A DNA stretch of 64,000 nt from Planctomycetota bacterium (lineage in GTDB: Bacteria > Planctomycetota > UBA1135 > UBA2386), in assembly GCA_965223545.1 (NCBI GenBank), contig OZ245006.1, positions 7,648,001-7,712,000 on the forward strand, written 5' to 3'. The notes under the pieces are model-generated. The model had not been told where the DNA came from. It saw only the letters and a program-made list of their open reading frames with translations, and did no database searches. Position 1 is the first letter of the stretch, and every line of letters begins with the position of its first letter. The position numbers were made by a program, and so were the translations under genes. This document shows positions 63,045 through 64,000 of the stretch, piece after piece.

Positions 63045-63941
63045 TCAGCGCAGCATAGAGAAATACCCGGAGTAGAACGACAGCACCCGCCAGCCGATCC
63101 ACACCGCCGTCAGGGCGTACACGGTGCCGCCGAGGCCGACGACGAGCGCCGTCGCGGTGCGCTGCAGGACGTCCCGGCGGCGGCCCGCGGCGCGGCGCAA
63201 CGCATCCTCGAGCTCGCCCGACATCTCGCCGGGTCGCAGCAGCGAGAGGGTCTCGGCGTCGAGCGCCGCACTCGCCCCCAGGGCGTCGGCCAGCGAGGTT
63301 TCGCCCCCGGCCAGCAGCTGGCCGGCCTGCGCCAAGCGCAGCCGGACCCAGGCGATGCGCACGGTCTTGGTCGCCAGGTCGTGCGCCTCGACGATGCCGA
63401 CGCCGGCGCCGTACAGCATCTCCATCGCGTCGAGGTACGCGGTCTGGCCGACGTCGTGCGACAGCCGGCGGAGACCGGGTATCGGACTGCTGGTGAAGGC
63501 GGGATCGGTCGCCGCGCGGTGGGCGAAGAACGCCACCGCGAGCACCAGGGCGACGATCGCCAGCGGACCGGCCAGCGCCACCCAGACCCGGCCGTTGCCC
63601 ACGGCGGCGAGCAGGCCGAACGCCGCCATCGACAGGGCCAAGAGCAGCGCCGGGTAGGCCAGTCGGCCGAGGAGTCGCCGGGCGAGGGTGGCGTCCGCCG
63701 TGCGGCGCGCGGCGATCGTGCGCAGCACCCGCGGCAGCTCGCCGACTTGCTCGGCGGCTTCGGCGGCGCGCACTTCCGCCGGCGACAGCGCCAGCCCGGC
63801 CGCGGTCAGCCGCGCGGTGAGCGGGCCGCCGCCGGCATCGGCCAGGATGCCGTCGGCCGGCAGGCCGGCGTCCAGCGCCGAGGCCAGGTCTTCGAGGCGC
63901 ATCGCCAGCCGCCGGTCGGCGCGCGGAGTGAGTCGGAGCAT
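63045..63941 (-). CDS. Type II secretion F family protein (divergent)
   Basis: AAEQVGELP, LAYPALL, PGEMSGELEDAL; TM segments. Confidence 0.75.
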   Translation of the reverse strand: MLRLTPRADRRLAMRLEDLASALDAGLPADGILADAGGGPLTARLTAAGLALSPAEVRAAEAAEQVGELPRVLRTIAARRTADATLARRLLGRLAYPALLLALSMAAFGLLAAVGNGRVWVALAGPLAIVALVLAVAFFAHRAATDPAFTSSPIPGLRRLSHDVGQTAYLDAMEMLYGAGVGIVEAHDLATKTVRIAWVRLRLAQAGQLLAGGETSLADALGASAALDAETLSLLRPGEMSGELEDALRRAAGRRRDVLQRTATALVVGLGGTVYALTAVWIGWRVLSFYSGYFSMLR

Positions 63942-64000
63942 CGAAACGGAATTGCCGGGTGGGGCGGTTGGGATCGGGTTTTGGGCGGCCCGCTCGCGGG

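Overview
High-GC bacterial chromosome; the gene repertoire suggests Planctomycetota (inference). 1-28.5 kb is mostly + strand housekeeping and signalling DNA: pilC-like, sensor kinase, OmpA/MotB, FGE-sulfatase protein, rsmA-dnaG-rpoD, FIST/NosP plus hybrid kinase, selB, HEAT-vWA, UbiA, threonine aldolase, phosphomannomutase, DUF62 and arginase. It is interrupted by one IS110 element inserted into an arm of a perfect 60-bp palindrome; its non-coding end carries short matches to its own target and donor junctions (bridge-RNA-like). About 28.5-54.2 kb is a decayed accessory island of nested elements: IS1634, a four-gene Mu-like transposon, two IS66 types, IS630, IS1182 and an IS5/IS1182-like element, plus a broken parDE module and a TPR remnant. 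The only intact non-transposase cargo there is a lower-GC operon, a P-loop ATPase plus an adenosine-deaminase-like protein, resembling a divergent RADAR (RdrA/RdrB) anti-phage system. 54.2-64 kb returns to core genes: GlsB-like, HEAT protein, larC, rpoN, a secretin-like repeat protein, an ECF sigma/anti-sigma pair and a T2SS-F protein. No tRNA, rRNA or CRISPR array was seen. All product calls come from motif recognition by eye, not from database searches.
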